DNA of 64,000 nt, taken from the NCBI GenBank assembly GCA_043228905.1, contig JBHGNT010000007.1, positions 9,610,001 to 9,674,000 on the forward strand. The letters run 5' to 3'. This DNA comes from Azolla caroliniana (Eukaryota; Plantae; Polypodiophyta). Each line of letters starts with the position of its first letter. The first letter of the stretch is position 1. A program made the position numbers and the translations under genes. The notes below the pieces were generated by a model. That model ran no database searches. It worked only from the letters and a program-made list of their open reading frames with translations, and was not told the DNA's origin. This document shows positions 1 through 13,643 of the stretch, piece by piece.

Positions 1-3000
1 AGCTCGGGGGGCTTGCTTCAAGCCGTAAAGCGACTTCTTCAGTCGGCATACCGCCGACTTGTTCATCTCCGATTGAAATCCGGGGGGCTGAGTCATAAAG
101 ACTTCTTCTTCAAGCTCTCCTTGAAGGAAGGCGTTCTTCACATCCATCTGGTGGAGTGCCACCCCCTTGCCGCAGCAACCGCCAGTACCACACGAACCGT
201 CGTCATCTTCGCCATAGGAGCGAAGGTCTCGTCGTAGTCGATTCCGTGGGTCTGCGCGTATCCCTTTGCCACTAACCGGGCTTTTTACCGGTTAACAGAA
301 CCGTCGGCGTTGTACTTGACCTTGTACACCCACTTGCATCTGATCGGGTTACAGTGACGGGGAGGATCAACTAGGTCCCAAGTTTCGTTGGCATCGAGTG
401 CCCGCATTTCTTCGTCCATAGCAGCACGCCAATTTGCGTCCTTTGTCGCTTCTGCGTAGCTCTCCGGCTCACGCACTTCTGTCACCTTAGTCATGTACGC
501 ATAATGATGCGCCATGTATTCATTGTACCCGTAACGTATGACGGGATCCTTCTGGCGGGTTGATCGGCGCAACACACCGTCACCTGATTTGAGGCCCTTC
601 TTGGCCAGTTCGGTCTTCGTTGCCGAAGATCCACCTTTCTCCTTTCCGGAGTCGGATACGCACCGATCCGACTCATCGTTGCCGGTTTCCAATTCCGGCA
701 TCTTCCTCTTCCCCTTCTCTTTGCGCGTGAACCGTTTCCTCGGTTCCTTGCGCAGGGAGAGCACGGCAGAGTCTCCACCACTTGCCTCTCTTTATCCGAC
801 TGGTCCAACCGACTCAGTCGCTCATTCGGTCCACTCAACCATAACGATTCCGGACTCTCATCTTGAGTCCCGGCTTCGTCATCCTCTGCCAGGGCTGATT
901 CAGACTCATTGGCCTGAACTTCCGGCATTGGGTCGGGATCAGAAGTCGGAGTCGGTACGAAGTACCAGGATGCCGATTCATCGAACTCGACATCCCGGCT
1001 AACTCGAACTTCCTTCGTTCGGGGGTTAAAGCACTTATACCCCTTTTGCTCTTGAGCATAGCCGACTAGAATGCATTTTTTCGATTTTGCATCCAGCTTT
1101 CTCCGCTTCTGATCCAGCACATGCACATATGCTATGTTGCTGAATATCCGAAGGTGTCTTAAGTTCGGCTTGCGCCCGAAATACAGCTCATGAGCTTACA
1201 CCTTGTCACCAATGCGGTTTTGTATGTAGACGGCCGTCCGGACTGTCTCCGCCCAGTAGAACCGGGGCATGCTCTTCTCCTCCAGCATTGCCCTTGCTGC
1301 TTCGACGAGTGTCTGGTTCTTCCTTTCGGCCACACCGTTTGCTCCGGTGTGTATCTGCAGCTGAACTCTCGCCGAATTCCCTTCTGCTACAGATAACTGG
1401 TGAATTGGCCGAAAAAATACTCCTTTCCGCCATCCGACCGAAGACATTTGATCTTCCTCTCCGATTCCCGTTCCACCATCTTCTGGAGGCTCCGGAAACA
1501 GTCGAAGACTTCGCTCTTCCGCTCAATGAGGTAGATCCAAGTATGTCGAGTATAGTCGTCGATGAAGGAGACGAAGTATCGGCTCCCGGCAAAGCTTACA
1601 CTTTGTGCCGGTCCCCACACATCCGAATGGATGAGATCGAGCTTGTTATGGCTCCGGTTCCGTTCGGTGGGGAATGGAAGCCGGTGTTGCTTCCCAAGTT
1701 GGCAGGCTTCACAAATTTCGGCTCTCCGGCCGCTGAACTTCGGCAAACCGAAAACGACTTGTTTCGTTTGCAGGTCTTGAAGCCTCCGGTAGTTGACGTG
1801 GCCTATCCGCTTGTGCCATAGGTCGATGTCCGACTTAACCTTTTGTCGTTTCGCGAACAGAGCGGTGCCAAAGTCATTGGTGTTGAGGATAAACATCCTC
1901 CCGTCTCTGCGCCCTTCCGCAATGACTTCGCCCTCATCCTCAATGAAGCACCCGAGGTGCGTAAACCGCACCTGCATCCCCTGGTCGACAATCTGACCGA
2001 CGGACACCAGGTTCTTCGTGATTGTCGGAACGTGTAATACGTTCATCAGCTTCCCTTTCTGTCCGACGTGGCTTAGAGGGACTTCTCCGACGTGCACGAT
2101 TGGGTGAGGAGTGTCATCTCCGGTTTCGACTACTCCTGGTTGATCCGGTTTCTCCAGAAAGGAGAACCACTCTTTGTGGCTCGTCATGTGGTTCAACGCG
2201 CCGGAATCAACATACCACACTTCCTCCGTTTTGGAAGTGGTCTTCTTCATTGAGTTTGCCTTGTGATTCATCACCAAGGTTGGCCCCTTACCGGCCTTTC
2301 CGGTTCCGGATCCTCCTGATCCGTTTGCGTAGTGCGAGTTTTGTCGGCCATCCTTACCGGTCTTGCCGGATCCGGATTTGTCCGAATCGGCACGCTTTCT
2401 CCATCACTCGCTTTCCCTGTGGCCTTTTTTGCCACAGTACCAGCATTCCGTAGAGGATTTGTCTTGTCGGCCTCTAACACCGCCTTGACTCCCCCTGCTT
2501 GTGGAAGTCCCAGAACTGCTGTCGGCACACTCATAGTGCCTCCGTTCCTGCTCTTGCCGGCCGCCTCCATTGCGTGCCGACCTACCTCTTCCACCACGCC
2601 CACAGTGCCGATCCGTTCTCGTGTACAACATTTGGTTGTCCGGGGATGCACTGGTAGATGCACCGGCGTGGTTCTCCTCTACAAGGAGCATCGACTGTAA
2701 GTCGAAGAATGAGGGGGTATTCTCCCTTGTACACACCGCAGTCCGGAACGCTCCGAACTTGGACGCCAGGCCTCCGAGACATACCTGCACCATCTCGTCT
2801 TCCTCTACGGTAACATTGATAGAGGCGAGCGAGTCGCAGATTTCCTTTATTCGGCCCGTGTAGTTTGCCACGGACATGTTCTTCTGTCGAACATTGCTCA
2901 ACTCCTGTCTGAGTTGCAGCTTCCAGGCAGTGGTGCTTGCGGCGAAAACCTTTTTCAGGTTCCCCCAAGCATCCTTTGGTATCTTGGCGTCACGGATGTG

Positions 3001-3234
3001 GCAGAGCAGTTGATCGCCGACACTGGACGCGAAGCAGTACATCACCCTGCTTGCCGCCTGTTCCCATACCGGGAAGTCCTTGTGTGTCGAGTCGGGCGCC
3101 GCATCATTCGCTCCTTCGACATAACTCCAGTACCCGTGTCCAAGCAGGTATTGGTGCATCTTGTAAGACCAGGATGCGTAGTTGCTCCTGTCGAGCTTCT
3201 CCACCGGGAGCGACGTAGCCATGCCTCTATCCAT
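1..3234 (-). pseudogene. Frameshifted copia gag-pol polyprotein (element A)
   Basis: Split across ORFs 2404-3372, 1387-2277, 1196-1447, 491-1126 and 285-764 by stops and frameshifts. Gag start MDRGMATSLP at 3234. Confidence 0.9.
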
Positions 3235-3310
3235 GTCTTCTACTGTGTCTGTTTTCGACCTGTTAGGGTTTTCTTCACAAGAGTAAATGTCTGCAGCAGA
3301 GGTTCTCAAC

Positions 3311-3328
3311 CCTCGCGCTCTAATACCA
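3311..3328 (-). promoter_or_regulatory. Primer-binding site (tRNA-iMet type) of element A
   Basis: Minus strand TGGTATTAGAGCGCGAGG directly after the LTR end ...TTTACA; one mismatch to the TGGTATCAGAGC consensus. Confidence 0.9.
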
Positions 3329-3729
3329 TGTAAACGTAAGTGTTTGCAGAAGCGTAAAACAGAGAACAACAAAGAGAGAGAGAGGGAGAGACAGAGAGAA
3401 CAGAACGTAATTTCAAAATTATATCAAGACTCTATCTACACATTGTGCTAAGTAGCACTATTTATACAAGTCCTCTTGGGACTGACAGAAGTACCATGTA
3501 CTTCAATGCTCACACGAGCATCTAACACTTACTACGAGACTATAGCTACCTAGTAGTCTATCCAATACTAGGCTTCCGATTGGACCTCCGGTTACGAATT
3601 GCACCCGGCCTCCACTGCTTGCCGGTTCGGTTGCTCACCGTCATACCGATTTGTTTCACCCGATCCGTCTCGCTTACCGGCTCCGGCTTATTCAGCCAAT
3701 CCGGCTCCGGTTGAGCTTGCCGCTCAACA
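3329..3729 (-). repeat. 5' LTR of element A
   Basis: TGTTGAG...TTTACA termini on the minus strand, adjacent to the PBS; similar to the LTRs at 42209 and 48027. Confidence 0.88.
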
Positions 3730-3771
3730 ACATGTAAAAGTACAATGATAGAAATATAATTTCAACTAAAT

Positions 3772-3835
3772 AGCATGGCTTAATGGTAAGCCAATTGACT
3801 CATAACTCGGAGGTGCAAGGTTTGAATCCTTACTT
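3772..3835 (+). pseudogene. Degenerate tRNA-Met-like sequence (possible SINE head)
   Basis: A-box-like TGGCTTAATGG, anticodon loop CTCATAA, B-box-like GGTTTGAATCC; stems poorly paired. Confidence 0.4.
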
Positions 3836-4279
3836 CCCTTCCTTGTATATGTATATTTGAATATATATTTATATAGTCGCCGTCGCCAGATGCCGTCGGT
3901 TCACCGTCTCCATCGTCGGTCCGGTTTTGGTTGGCCAAAACCCTTTACGAGTAGCTAGCCCACCTCCACTCTTAGTTCAAGCTACCTTGAACTCTCTATG
4001 CTCCACACATAGACACAAAGATAATATCTTTTGCTCCACCTTATATATGATGAGAGCCGTATTTGTCGTGCCTACGTGGGATATCTCACAATTTTCTCTT
4101 TTCTTTTCACAAACTTTATACCCTCATATCTTGACATTTAGTTGTCCATTTCTCGTGTAATAAAGTGCATTCGAAACCTCCATCATTTTGTACTTAGATA
4201 TTAAAAATGTTATCTTCACAATTATTGTATTATGTGATTCTTACTCGATTTCGTACGTTTTATGGGATTTTCACACTAT

Positions 4280-4930
4280 TGCCGAAAATCTTCACGACAA
4301 CGTACTAAATAGATAGAGATTCAAAATCACTATGGTCATGAGCTAATAGATAATGAGAACGTTGAGCTTTAGTACTGTCTGACATTAGCGAATCCTGCAA
4401 ACATCTTCACAAAGGCTCTTGGAGTAGGACAACTACAACACCTTCAATGACTTGGAGTTGCCCCGATGCCAAGTCAACTCAATGGGTTGACCATTGAGGG
4501 GGGTGTTAGATATAATCAATGATCAACCCCAAGTCATCAATTCATCCCCACATTTATTCTTAGAGTGCCCATTTTGTGATAGTACCCCAAATGAGGAGTA
4601 ACTATTGTGCAACCCAACTATATGGGTCGACAAGGTTTCAATGTAGGAAATTGTATATGAGTATGACAAAATGTATTTAGGAAAGAGGGAAGTAGGGTTA
4701 TAGGATTGACTATCCAGGTGAACTAGAAGAATATTTAGTGAGCAAGTTAAGATGTACTTAGTCTTGAAGTATGTGCCATTAACTTTAAGGAGCACTAACT
4801 TGTATCTAGGGAACTAGGTCATATTAAATGACAAGTCAGTTGTCAGAAAAGGAATATCCCCATTATTAGTGTTGGGTAAAGTCTCTAGCCCCTATTGGAA
4901 TTTTTTCCTGCTTCTTATGATCTTAACCAG
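4280..4930 (+). mobile_element. Old copia relic: RNase H end, PPT and start of a 3' LTR
   Basis: Decayed RTKxIEIQxH...ANIFTKALG, then PPT GAGGGGGG and TGTTAGAT at ~4504. Right boundary uncertain. Confidence 0.6.
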
Positions 4931-5072
4931 AATTCAAAAATTTTAATCGATCACTTTCCTACAAGCAATAATGTCAACCGAGACATGTTGAAAAAAATAA
5001 TTTAGTGCATACCAAATCAAATATATATTTTTTAGCACATACCAACTCAAATAAATTGCAAAATTTTGGATC

Positions 5073-5107
<35 letters not shown>

Positions 5108-8100
5108 CAAAAAACGTTTACTAACTTTGTAAACAAAATTCACTTTTCAAAACTTTGTAACTCACATAAGCAATGTACTAGATTAAATTCATGTATCAAA
5201 TCTATCAAAAAATAAAGAAGAAAGAGGAAGGCTCGCATTAGTTTACACACACATGCAAATCCATTTATGTAAATGTAAAAGAAATTAAGGGAACAAATAT
5301 ATTGCAAACAATATTGAAGGAAAAGATCAAGAGAAAAAAAGTAGTGTATATATTAAAATAAGATGACAATACAAATGAAAGGTAATAATGCAAGACAATG
5401 CAATATACATGCCTCCTTGTGATTTATTCTTGTTTATTCTCATCATCTTTTTGTGCTTTTTTTGTGCTAAGATAATTTGTTGTACATAATTTCCTCCCAT
5501 TTTTCAACCTATCCTCCAGTACATGTGTTTGAAATACATGTTGATTCTCATCTCAATTTTGTTGATTCATCTAGTTATGTTGTAGTAAATTAATAGTATG
5601 TCAGTTTCGTCTAATTTGTTTATCATAGTAGCCCCTTGATGATGATGAGGAAGAGAAAATATCTTTCCACACCGAGATGTGCTTTGGTTGCTTGGAGGCT
5701 CTTGTGGTCCGCTCAATCTGGTTGAGATCGGACTCTCTTTGAGTACTGACCTTAGTTGATCATCGTTTTCTGTGTTGTTGAGGTCGTTCGTAGATGGCTC
5801 GAGAGGAGTCGGCTCGGGTTTGTACCATGATGTCGATTCATCACAGAAGACATCCCGACTTACACGAGTCTTCTGAGTAGAGGGGTTGAAGCACTTGTAC
5901 CCCTTTTGCTCTAGTGAGTACCCCATGAGGATGCACTTCTCTAATTTTGGGTCAAGCTTCTGTCGCTTCTCATCGGGTATGTGCACGTATGCAACGGAGC
6001 CGAATATCCTTACATGGGATAGATTCGGCTTCGTCCCATAGTATTTCTCGTGCGGGGTGACCTCGTGCACTCCGGATGTTGTGCACCAGTTCATGAGGTA
6101 GACTGTGGTATTTGGAGCTTCTGCCCAATATGACTTGGGCATATGCTTCTCATTTAGCCTGACCCTTGCTACTTCGAGGATGTGCCGATTCTTTCGTTCA
6201 GTTACACCGTTCAGTTACAGTGTGTGTCGGCAAGTGAATTCTTGCCGAATTGCTTCTTGTCGAAGGTATGCCGTGAACGCATCGGAGAAGTATTCCTTTC
6301 CTCCATCCGACCGAAGACATTGTACATGGTGGCCAGTTGTCTTTTCGACTTCGCTTTTGAAGTTTTGGAAGTGTGTAAACACTTTGCTCTTCATCCTCAT
6401 GGGAAAGATCCATGTGTATCTAGAGGAGTCGTCGATGAAGGTAACATAGTATCGACATCCTTTGAATGTGGTCGTCTGTGCCAGTCCCCACACATCCGAG
6501 TGGACTATGTCCAATAGGCCTTTGCTCACGTTCCTCTCCTTCAAGAACGGGTGTCGATGTTGCTTGCCGAATTGGCATGCTTCACATACTCCTTCAATCT
6601 CTTTCTTGTTGAAGGTCGGGAGCCCAATGACGACTCCTTTCAATTGCATCGCCTTGAGTTTATTGAGATTGATATGGCCGATCTTTTATGCCATAGCTCT
6701 ATGTCGGTGTCGGATTTGAGGCCATTTGCGTACATGGCCAATTTCACCTCGTTTGACTTGAGGATAAACATTCTACCTTCCCTTCGACCCCGAGCGATGA
6801 GTCGGCCTTCCTTCTTGATGAAGCAACCACTTGGTTGAATCGAACTTGCATCCCTTGCTCCACTATTTGGCCGATCAAGACCAAATTCTTCGTTATGGTG
6901 GGCACATGTAATACATTTTTTATGCAAGTTTCTTCGCCTTCTTTCCCGAATGGGACATTGCCAACATGCCGAATCGGATGAGTAGTGTCTTCTCTGGTCT
7001 CGACATAACCTGGTCGATCCAGCTCTCGAAGGTCTTTGAACCATTCTTGATGGGACGTCATATGGTTCGAAGCACCGGAGTCGACGAACCATACATCGTC
7101 CGGATTGGAAGCATTAGTCGAAGTAGAGGCTGACATAGAATTTGCTCTATCTGTCATTACAAACATTCCACCATGATCTTCATAGTCAAAGTTGGTGCCA
7201 TAATTGGTGAGTTGTCGACAGGCTTGTGGAAGCCGACTCGCGCTTCTTCTTTCGGCACTCTTCTTCATGGTGGCCGATTTTTCCGCAATAACCGCATTCG
7301 ATCGAGGTTTGTTGGCTCAGACTGGAATGGAAGATCCCCCTTCTTCCGAAGGTTCCTCGATGGCTTCCGATTTGTTGTTGAAATTGGGAGTTGTTGCCGT
7401 AAGTCGGACCTTGTCCGCCTCGTCCTTGGCCAAATCAGCCTCTTGCTCGGCCGCGTCCTCTTCCTCCATTCGAATGTGTGTTGATCATGTGTCCTTCCGA
7501 GGTGTTGCTCCTTGTTCGAACATGGTTTTCTTCAACCAATAACATAGATTGAAGATCGAAGAAGGATGGTGGAATCTCCCGTGCTAGTACGACAGTCCAC
7601 ATCACGCCAAATCATGGTGCAAGGCCGCCGAGGCATATTTGCACCATTTCATCATCCTCCACATTGATGCTTATTGAGCCAAGTGCATCACAAAGCTCCT
7701 TGATCTTCAAGGTGTAGCTTGTGATGGACATGTCCCTTTGTTGGATGTTGTTCAACTCTTGGCGGAGTTAAAGCTTCCTCGCGGTCGTGTTGGTGGTGAA
7801 AATATTTCGTAGATTTTCCCACGCTTCCTTCGGCGTCTCGGCTTCTCGAATGTAACCGAGCATGTGGTTGTGAACACATGTCGCCAAACAATACATTACT
7901 CGACTCGCCGCTTGCTCCCATGTTGCATAGTCGGCGCCTTCCGGGTCGGGCCGGTTTTCTTGTGCTTCTTTGATGTAGCTCCAATAGCCTTGACCGACAA
8001 GGTATTGATGCATCTTGTACTCCCAAGATGCAAAGTTGTTTCGGTCCAACTTCTCACTAGGGAGAGCGCTCCCCGTTTGAGTATTCATGGTGTTTGATGT

Positions 8101-8314
8101 AGATTTCTTCCTTCTTCTCTCTCAAATACGTGCTATGTAGTCGCACTACGATAGCAATGAGGCGGTTATTCTTGAACGTCGGCATAGAACTCAACACATG
8201 CGGATGGGCGAGATCAAGCTACCAAACCTCTCTGATACCATGTAAAGAATCGATGGTGATTCTTGTGCAGCAGAATAGACTAGAGATATGTGTTGTGAGT
8301 GTGTGTATGAGAGA

Positions 8315-8354
<40 letters not shown>

Positions 8355-11300
8355 CAAGATAGATTAGAACAACAATAGAATAGTCAAGAAGATGTATGTT
8401 ACAAAGGAGATTAATCGACCTAATTACAAAGTAGGAGGAGAGTTCTTTATATATTGAGCATCGCAAGAGTTGTATGCCAAAGGTTATGCAAGCTCGTAAA
8501 GACGGGCATTGCGCCTTTTATTGAGATGGGTGAGTGATCATAAATGATCGAACTACTAATTGACGGCGTGTGGCCCATGTGACAAAAAACACACTTAGGA
8601 TGACCTTATGGAATTGTAACGGCGCACTCTGGACACACCCCGACCGCCTAGAGGAGATATTAAAGGAATCAGATATAGTTTGCCTAGTAGAAACACACCA
8701 AAGCCCAAATAGGGGACTCCCACGAGTTGAAGGATTTCGTTGGGAGTCGGATTTTAGACAAACCTCACGTCGATGCACTACCAGGGGATCTGGATGTGTC
8801 GCAATATTGTTTCGGAGGGAGCTACATAATAGGATAAATACTGAGCACAGACTCAGAAGCTCGTTTTATGTGGGTGAAAGTCTCCACAAGCAAGGACAAG
8901 GCAGTATTTTTCGCCATTTGTTACTTTCCCCTGAAGGGCTCTCGTTATAATCTTGCTGGCGAGGCGAGATTAGTTGATGAAGGAGTGCCACATGGGCCTT
9001 CCCCATATGAACCTCTATCAGATGACATAATCCGATATTCTTCCCAAGGAGAAGTATTCCTTTTAGGAAACTTTAATGCAAGAACCCAATTCCGACAATG
9101 CACAATATTTCAAATGAATACAAACCTAGAAATGGTAAATGTTGATCCTTTAGACATAAACACCACATGTAGATCAAAGGATCAAGGTGCGGACGCCACG
9201 AGCTTTGGCCATCATTTGCTCGAACTTGGTAGTCGACACCAGATGGTCATATATAATGGTTTAGCCAAGTGGCAAGGTTCGGAAGAGCTCACATGTTTCC
9301 CACATGGAGGAGGGGAAAGCACAGTCGATCATCTAATAGGACGCCCTGAAGCTACCCACATGATTAACTCCTTCTGAGTGGCCCCATGTCCTATTGGCGC
9401 GGACCATAGTTTCTTATACTTCGAGCTAAAATGTGATATCTCTAACGTCACCAACTCTAGTCAACCACGCCATGACATCACACTACATTTCACACATGAG
9501 CTCTCTGACATATATGCTCGACATGTTCAATCCCATCTCTCCTCCCTTGATCCCTCCCTACCTTTAGAGAGCCTTAGTACGAAACTCACACACATCCTTC
9601 ACTCTGCAACAGTTAGCAATTTCCCATACACGAAACACTCCAATCAAGGTAAAGTAGGATCTATGCCACAAAATAGATGGTATGATGAGGATTGTGGGTG
9701 CTTACATAGACAACTTACAATATCGTAACTCAGTGGTAGTATTACCTCAATACAAGCTCGTAAAGAAATGCGCAAGATGATACGTCGTAAGAGACGAGCA
9801 TGGGAGGCATCCGAATATTGGGAACTCTACCATATGTTCATGAGTAGTGATTGTGCCACTGCATGGAAGAGATTACAGGAACCAAGACCACAAACACCCA
9901 TCGAAGATCCCGAAACTTGGCACACTTATACAGAGAAACTTTACCAAATCCCAGACCAACCACCCATTCCAATGCCTTCTACACCCCGACCTACTGTGGG
10001 GACACTCTTCACGACCTCTAGGGTCACGAAGGTCATAAAGAAATTACAACATAGGAAGTCCATGGACCACACAGGATTGCGAGCAGAACACATCATATAT
10101 GCAAGAGAGTGCCTAGCTCCCTTGCTAACTCTAATCTTCAATCGTGCCCTCGCAGAGGGTTTTCCACCACAATGGACCATGAACACAGTGGCCCCCATAC
10201 ATAAAGGGGGGGACCCCATGGACCCAAATACTTATAGGACCATTATGATAGGTCATACCCTTGCTAAATTATATGGTGCAGTAATGGAGGCAGAGCTTAG
10301 CGATTATATGGAGACCTTAAATCTTCGTGCACCCGAACAGGTTGGCTTTAGACGAGCCTTCTCCACTATTGATCATATCTTCACACTTAGATGCTTAATT
10401 GACCAGACTAAGGCTTGCAAGAAGAAACTATATTGTTGTTTTGTGGACTTCCGCAAAGCCTTTGACACGGTCCCTAGAGAGCGGTTGTTTGATAGGCTTA
10501 AGAGCTTGAGGATACCAGATGACATGGTTTGGGCCATCTACGCACTATATGAACAAGTGTCCGGGTGTGTTCGATGCCCATGTGGCATATCCGATAGTTT
10601 CACTAGCACCATTGGTGTAAAACAAGGTTGCCCCTTATCTCCGACTCTTTTTGGGATCTACATTGATGAGATCACAGATTTTATTGCTCGTAAGGGACGC
10701 AATGGAGTAGTCCTTGGGGATACGCAGGTACGTATCTTGCTCTATGCAGACGACATAGTTTTGCTCTCTGAATCCAAACACGACCTACAAAGGCACCTTA
10801 ATGCCTTAGATGACTTTTACACACAACGAGGATTGGTAGTGAATCTAGGGAAAACTAAAATCCTTATCTTCCACACGTCAGCCCAAGTTAGAGCTAAGTG
10901 TCACCTAACTATCTCCCATAGCCCAGTTGAGGTGGTTGGATCATATGTCTATCTCGGAGTCACTTTCAGTGCCCGCTCAGGTAAATTTTCGATGACACAA
11001 GCAACGAAGGATAGACTTACAAGAGGACATGCATCCCTCTCACTCCTTGAGAGACAATGCCACCAAGCATACTTCTAAGAGCCACGAACTAAAGGGTGGC
11101 TCTTTGACTCATTAGTGACTCCCTCTCTCATGTACGCAGCGGCGGTTTGGGCTCCAAGACTACCATCTTTCATGTGGACGCAATTAGAGAGACCATTGGT
11201 GATGATGTTATCACGCCAACTCCGAAGCAAATCTTCGGTCCCACATGACATTATTAGGGTTGAGTTCACTCTACCCCCTATGTTAGTAGAAGCACTTTTT

Positions 11301-11916
11301 CAACTTGGAGTCTTTATCCACAGGATACATAACCAACCACTTGATAGAATATCCCATCAAGCCTTTAAGGCTTCTCGAGCACTGTATGAGCCCGACTATA
11401 CTAGCTCATGGTATGGCATGATGGTGAGTTGGCTTCTTGCCAATGGTCTAGACATTAATAACCTCCCCCCCCTTAAGTACGACCACACGACTGATAACAC
11501 TTTAATCTCTCATGAGGACCATAATAAAGTAATACGCCAAGAAATATGGCAAAATTATACTCGGTATAAATGGATCACCCCACTAGAGGCACTCCCATCT
11601 AAAATGTCGTACTATAAGGAACACTTTATGCACTTCTCTAAGTTAGGTTTTATCACGCGAACAAGATATCTAGATGTATTCTTACCACATGCACTAAGGG
11701 TTGCCATTGGTCAACTTAGAATATCATCTCACCAACTTGAGATTGAGAATATGGATGTACAAATGGAGACCCTAGGGAGGAAAGGATATGTAGGTTATGC
11801 CACATAGAGATAGAGGATGAGTACCATTTTACATGCAAATGCCCCACCTATGCCGAGATAAGGGCAAAATACCAAGACATACTTGGTTCCTCTCCCACCC
11901 TCCCTAAACTATTAGA

Positions 11917-12349
11917 TGTCATGGCAAGACTCGAACCCATGACTTTATGCTACATGGGTCGAGCTCTTACCATTAGATTAGGAGTTGTATTTTGTAGGAT
12001 ATTATTTTCATTTATACTTTATCATAGAAAATTGATGTATATTCCAGATCTCTCTGGAACATTCTAGAAGCTTCAAGATTATTCCTAAAAACACTATAAA
12101 AGGAGGCACAAGGCATTGTTTTGAACCAAATTGGTTCAACGCCAGTCTTAAGCCTCTTAGCCGCTTGTACTTATCTTTTCACATAATATATAGCTGCTGT
12201 CATCATCTCTCTCATTCTCGCTATCTCTCTCTCTCTCTCCTCTTCTCACTTCCTCTCTCGGGAATCTTACGCAGTCCCGTCCTCTTAGTACTAATAGTAC
12301 TGCTGTTCTTAGTACTAATTCCATCTCTGTTTTAGTACTATTCCTGACA
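11917..12349 (+). repeat. 5' LTR of the gypsy element
   Basis: TGTCATGG...CCTGACA; TATAAAA at 12095; matches 17156-17588. Confidence 0.97.
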
Positions 12350-12351
12350 GT

Positions 12352-12364
12352 TTGAACCAATTTG
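12352..12364 (+). promoter_or_regulatory. Self-priming PBS, complementary to 12127-12139 in the LTR
   Basis: TTGAACCAATTTG is the perfect reverse complement of CAAATTGGTTCAA, ~30 nt downstream of the TATA box. No TGG-type tRNA PBS is present. Confidence 0.85.
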
Positions 12365-12417
12365 TCCTCTAACCTACTTGTCACTCTCCCTCATCCTCCT
12401 ACCCTTTTCCCTATACT

Positions 12418-13575
12418 ATGGCTACTGTTAGCGCCCAAGAATACCAATCCGTTTTCTCCGAGCTACAGTGCCTAAAAGAAAAGTTTGTTGCCCTGGAACA
12501 AGAAAACCAACGGCTGATAGGGGATCTGCAACAAATCGCTCTAGAAAAACAACAAACGCAACAACAACATGGGGAGTTAGCGTTACGGGTACAACAACTC
12601 GAAGCAGCGTTGCAACAACAAGGATCCAGTCCCCAAGGATTTCATAAAGAGCCCAAGATTGGACTTCCTGTGAAATTTGATGGAACGCGTTCGCAATTCT
12701 GAGGATTCCTTAATCAGGTACGCTTAGTCATCCAGATGCATCCTTCCCGATATCCCACTGATGCATCTCGAGTCGGCCTAATAGGCACGCTACTTAGCGG
12801 CTCAGCCTTGGCATGGTTTGCTCCGCTTCTAGAAAAACAATCACCCTTACTTAATAACTTTGAAGATTTTATTGGTGAGTTTAAAGCCTGCTTTGGAGAC
12901 ACCGACAGCATCAGGACGGCGATCAACAAGATCCGGCGATTGCGTCAAGGCGATCGTCCAGCCTCTGCCTACGCGGCGGATTTCCGCCTACTTGCTTCAG
13001 ATATACCCTGGGATGATCAAGCACTAATGGAGCAGTTTCGCTATGGCTTGCGAAACGATGTCAAAGATCTACTTCTAACTTTCCCCGAAGAACCAAAGTC
13101 TCTTACGGAGGCAATCAGTCGAGCAGTTCGATGTGACAACCGCCTTTTTGAACGGCGTTCAGAACGTCAATTACAGATACCACGCTCTAGGCCAGAGCCC
13201 ACTTACGCCGCAGTCGCGGCTAAACCGTTTGCACGAGACACACCTCAAGCAAATACTTCGACACCGATGGAGATCGATACCATGCGTCGACGCGGCCCGT
13301 TATCGGAAGAAGAAAAGCAACGACGACGTGCCAATCGATTATGTCTTTATTGCGGTGGACCAGGACATATCGCCATCAATTGTCCCCATAGGCCAAGAAG
13401 ACAGGTAAATCAAATCGTCGCCTGTACTAAACCCGAGTCAATTCTTCCCTTTGGAGTGTCTGATAGTATTAATAGTACTAATAGAGTGTCAGATAGTATT
13501 CATAGTACTAATAGCCCAAGTATCTCAAATAAATTTGAAATCCTTAGTCAATTAGATGAAGAGTTAAACGATTGA
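12418..13575 (+). pseudogene. Gypsy gag with one in-frame TGA at 12700-12702
   Basis: ORFs 12418-12702 and 12736-13575 share a frame. Coiled-coil N-terminus, KFDGTRSQF*GFLNQ, PMEID and CLYCGGPGH zinc knuckle. Confidence 0.88.
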
Positions 13576-13643
13576 GTCCAGCCAAAATAGGAGCCATTTG
13601 GTTGGACAGCAGCCCTAGATCTGTACAGCCCATTAGTGGTTCC
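13563..13643 (+). promoter_or_regulatory. -1 programmed ribosomal frameshift signal (slippery site plus H-type pseudoknot)
   Basis: G TTA AAC in gag frame at 13563-13569, 6-nt spacer, stem 13576-13586/13597-13607, loop GGAGCCA pairing with TGGTTCC at 13637-13643. pol lies in the -1 frame. Confidence 0.8.

Larger units (their letters stand above)
1..3729 (-). mobile_element. Ty1/copia LTR retrotransposon (element A); 3' part runs off the window
   Basis: Minus-strand gag (KLDRSNYASWSYKMHQYL, CWYCGKKGH), protease (WYVDSGA), integrase (CEACQLGKQH, LRSDGGKEY) and RT start (CKWVYKVK) in copia order. PBS at 3311-3328 and 5' LTR at 3329-3729. Same family as element C (42209-48411). Confidence 0.95.
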
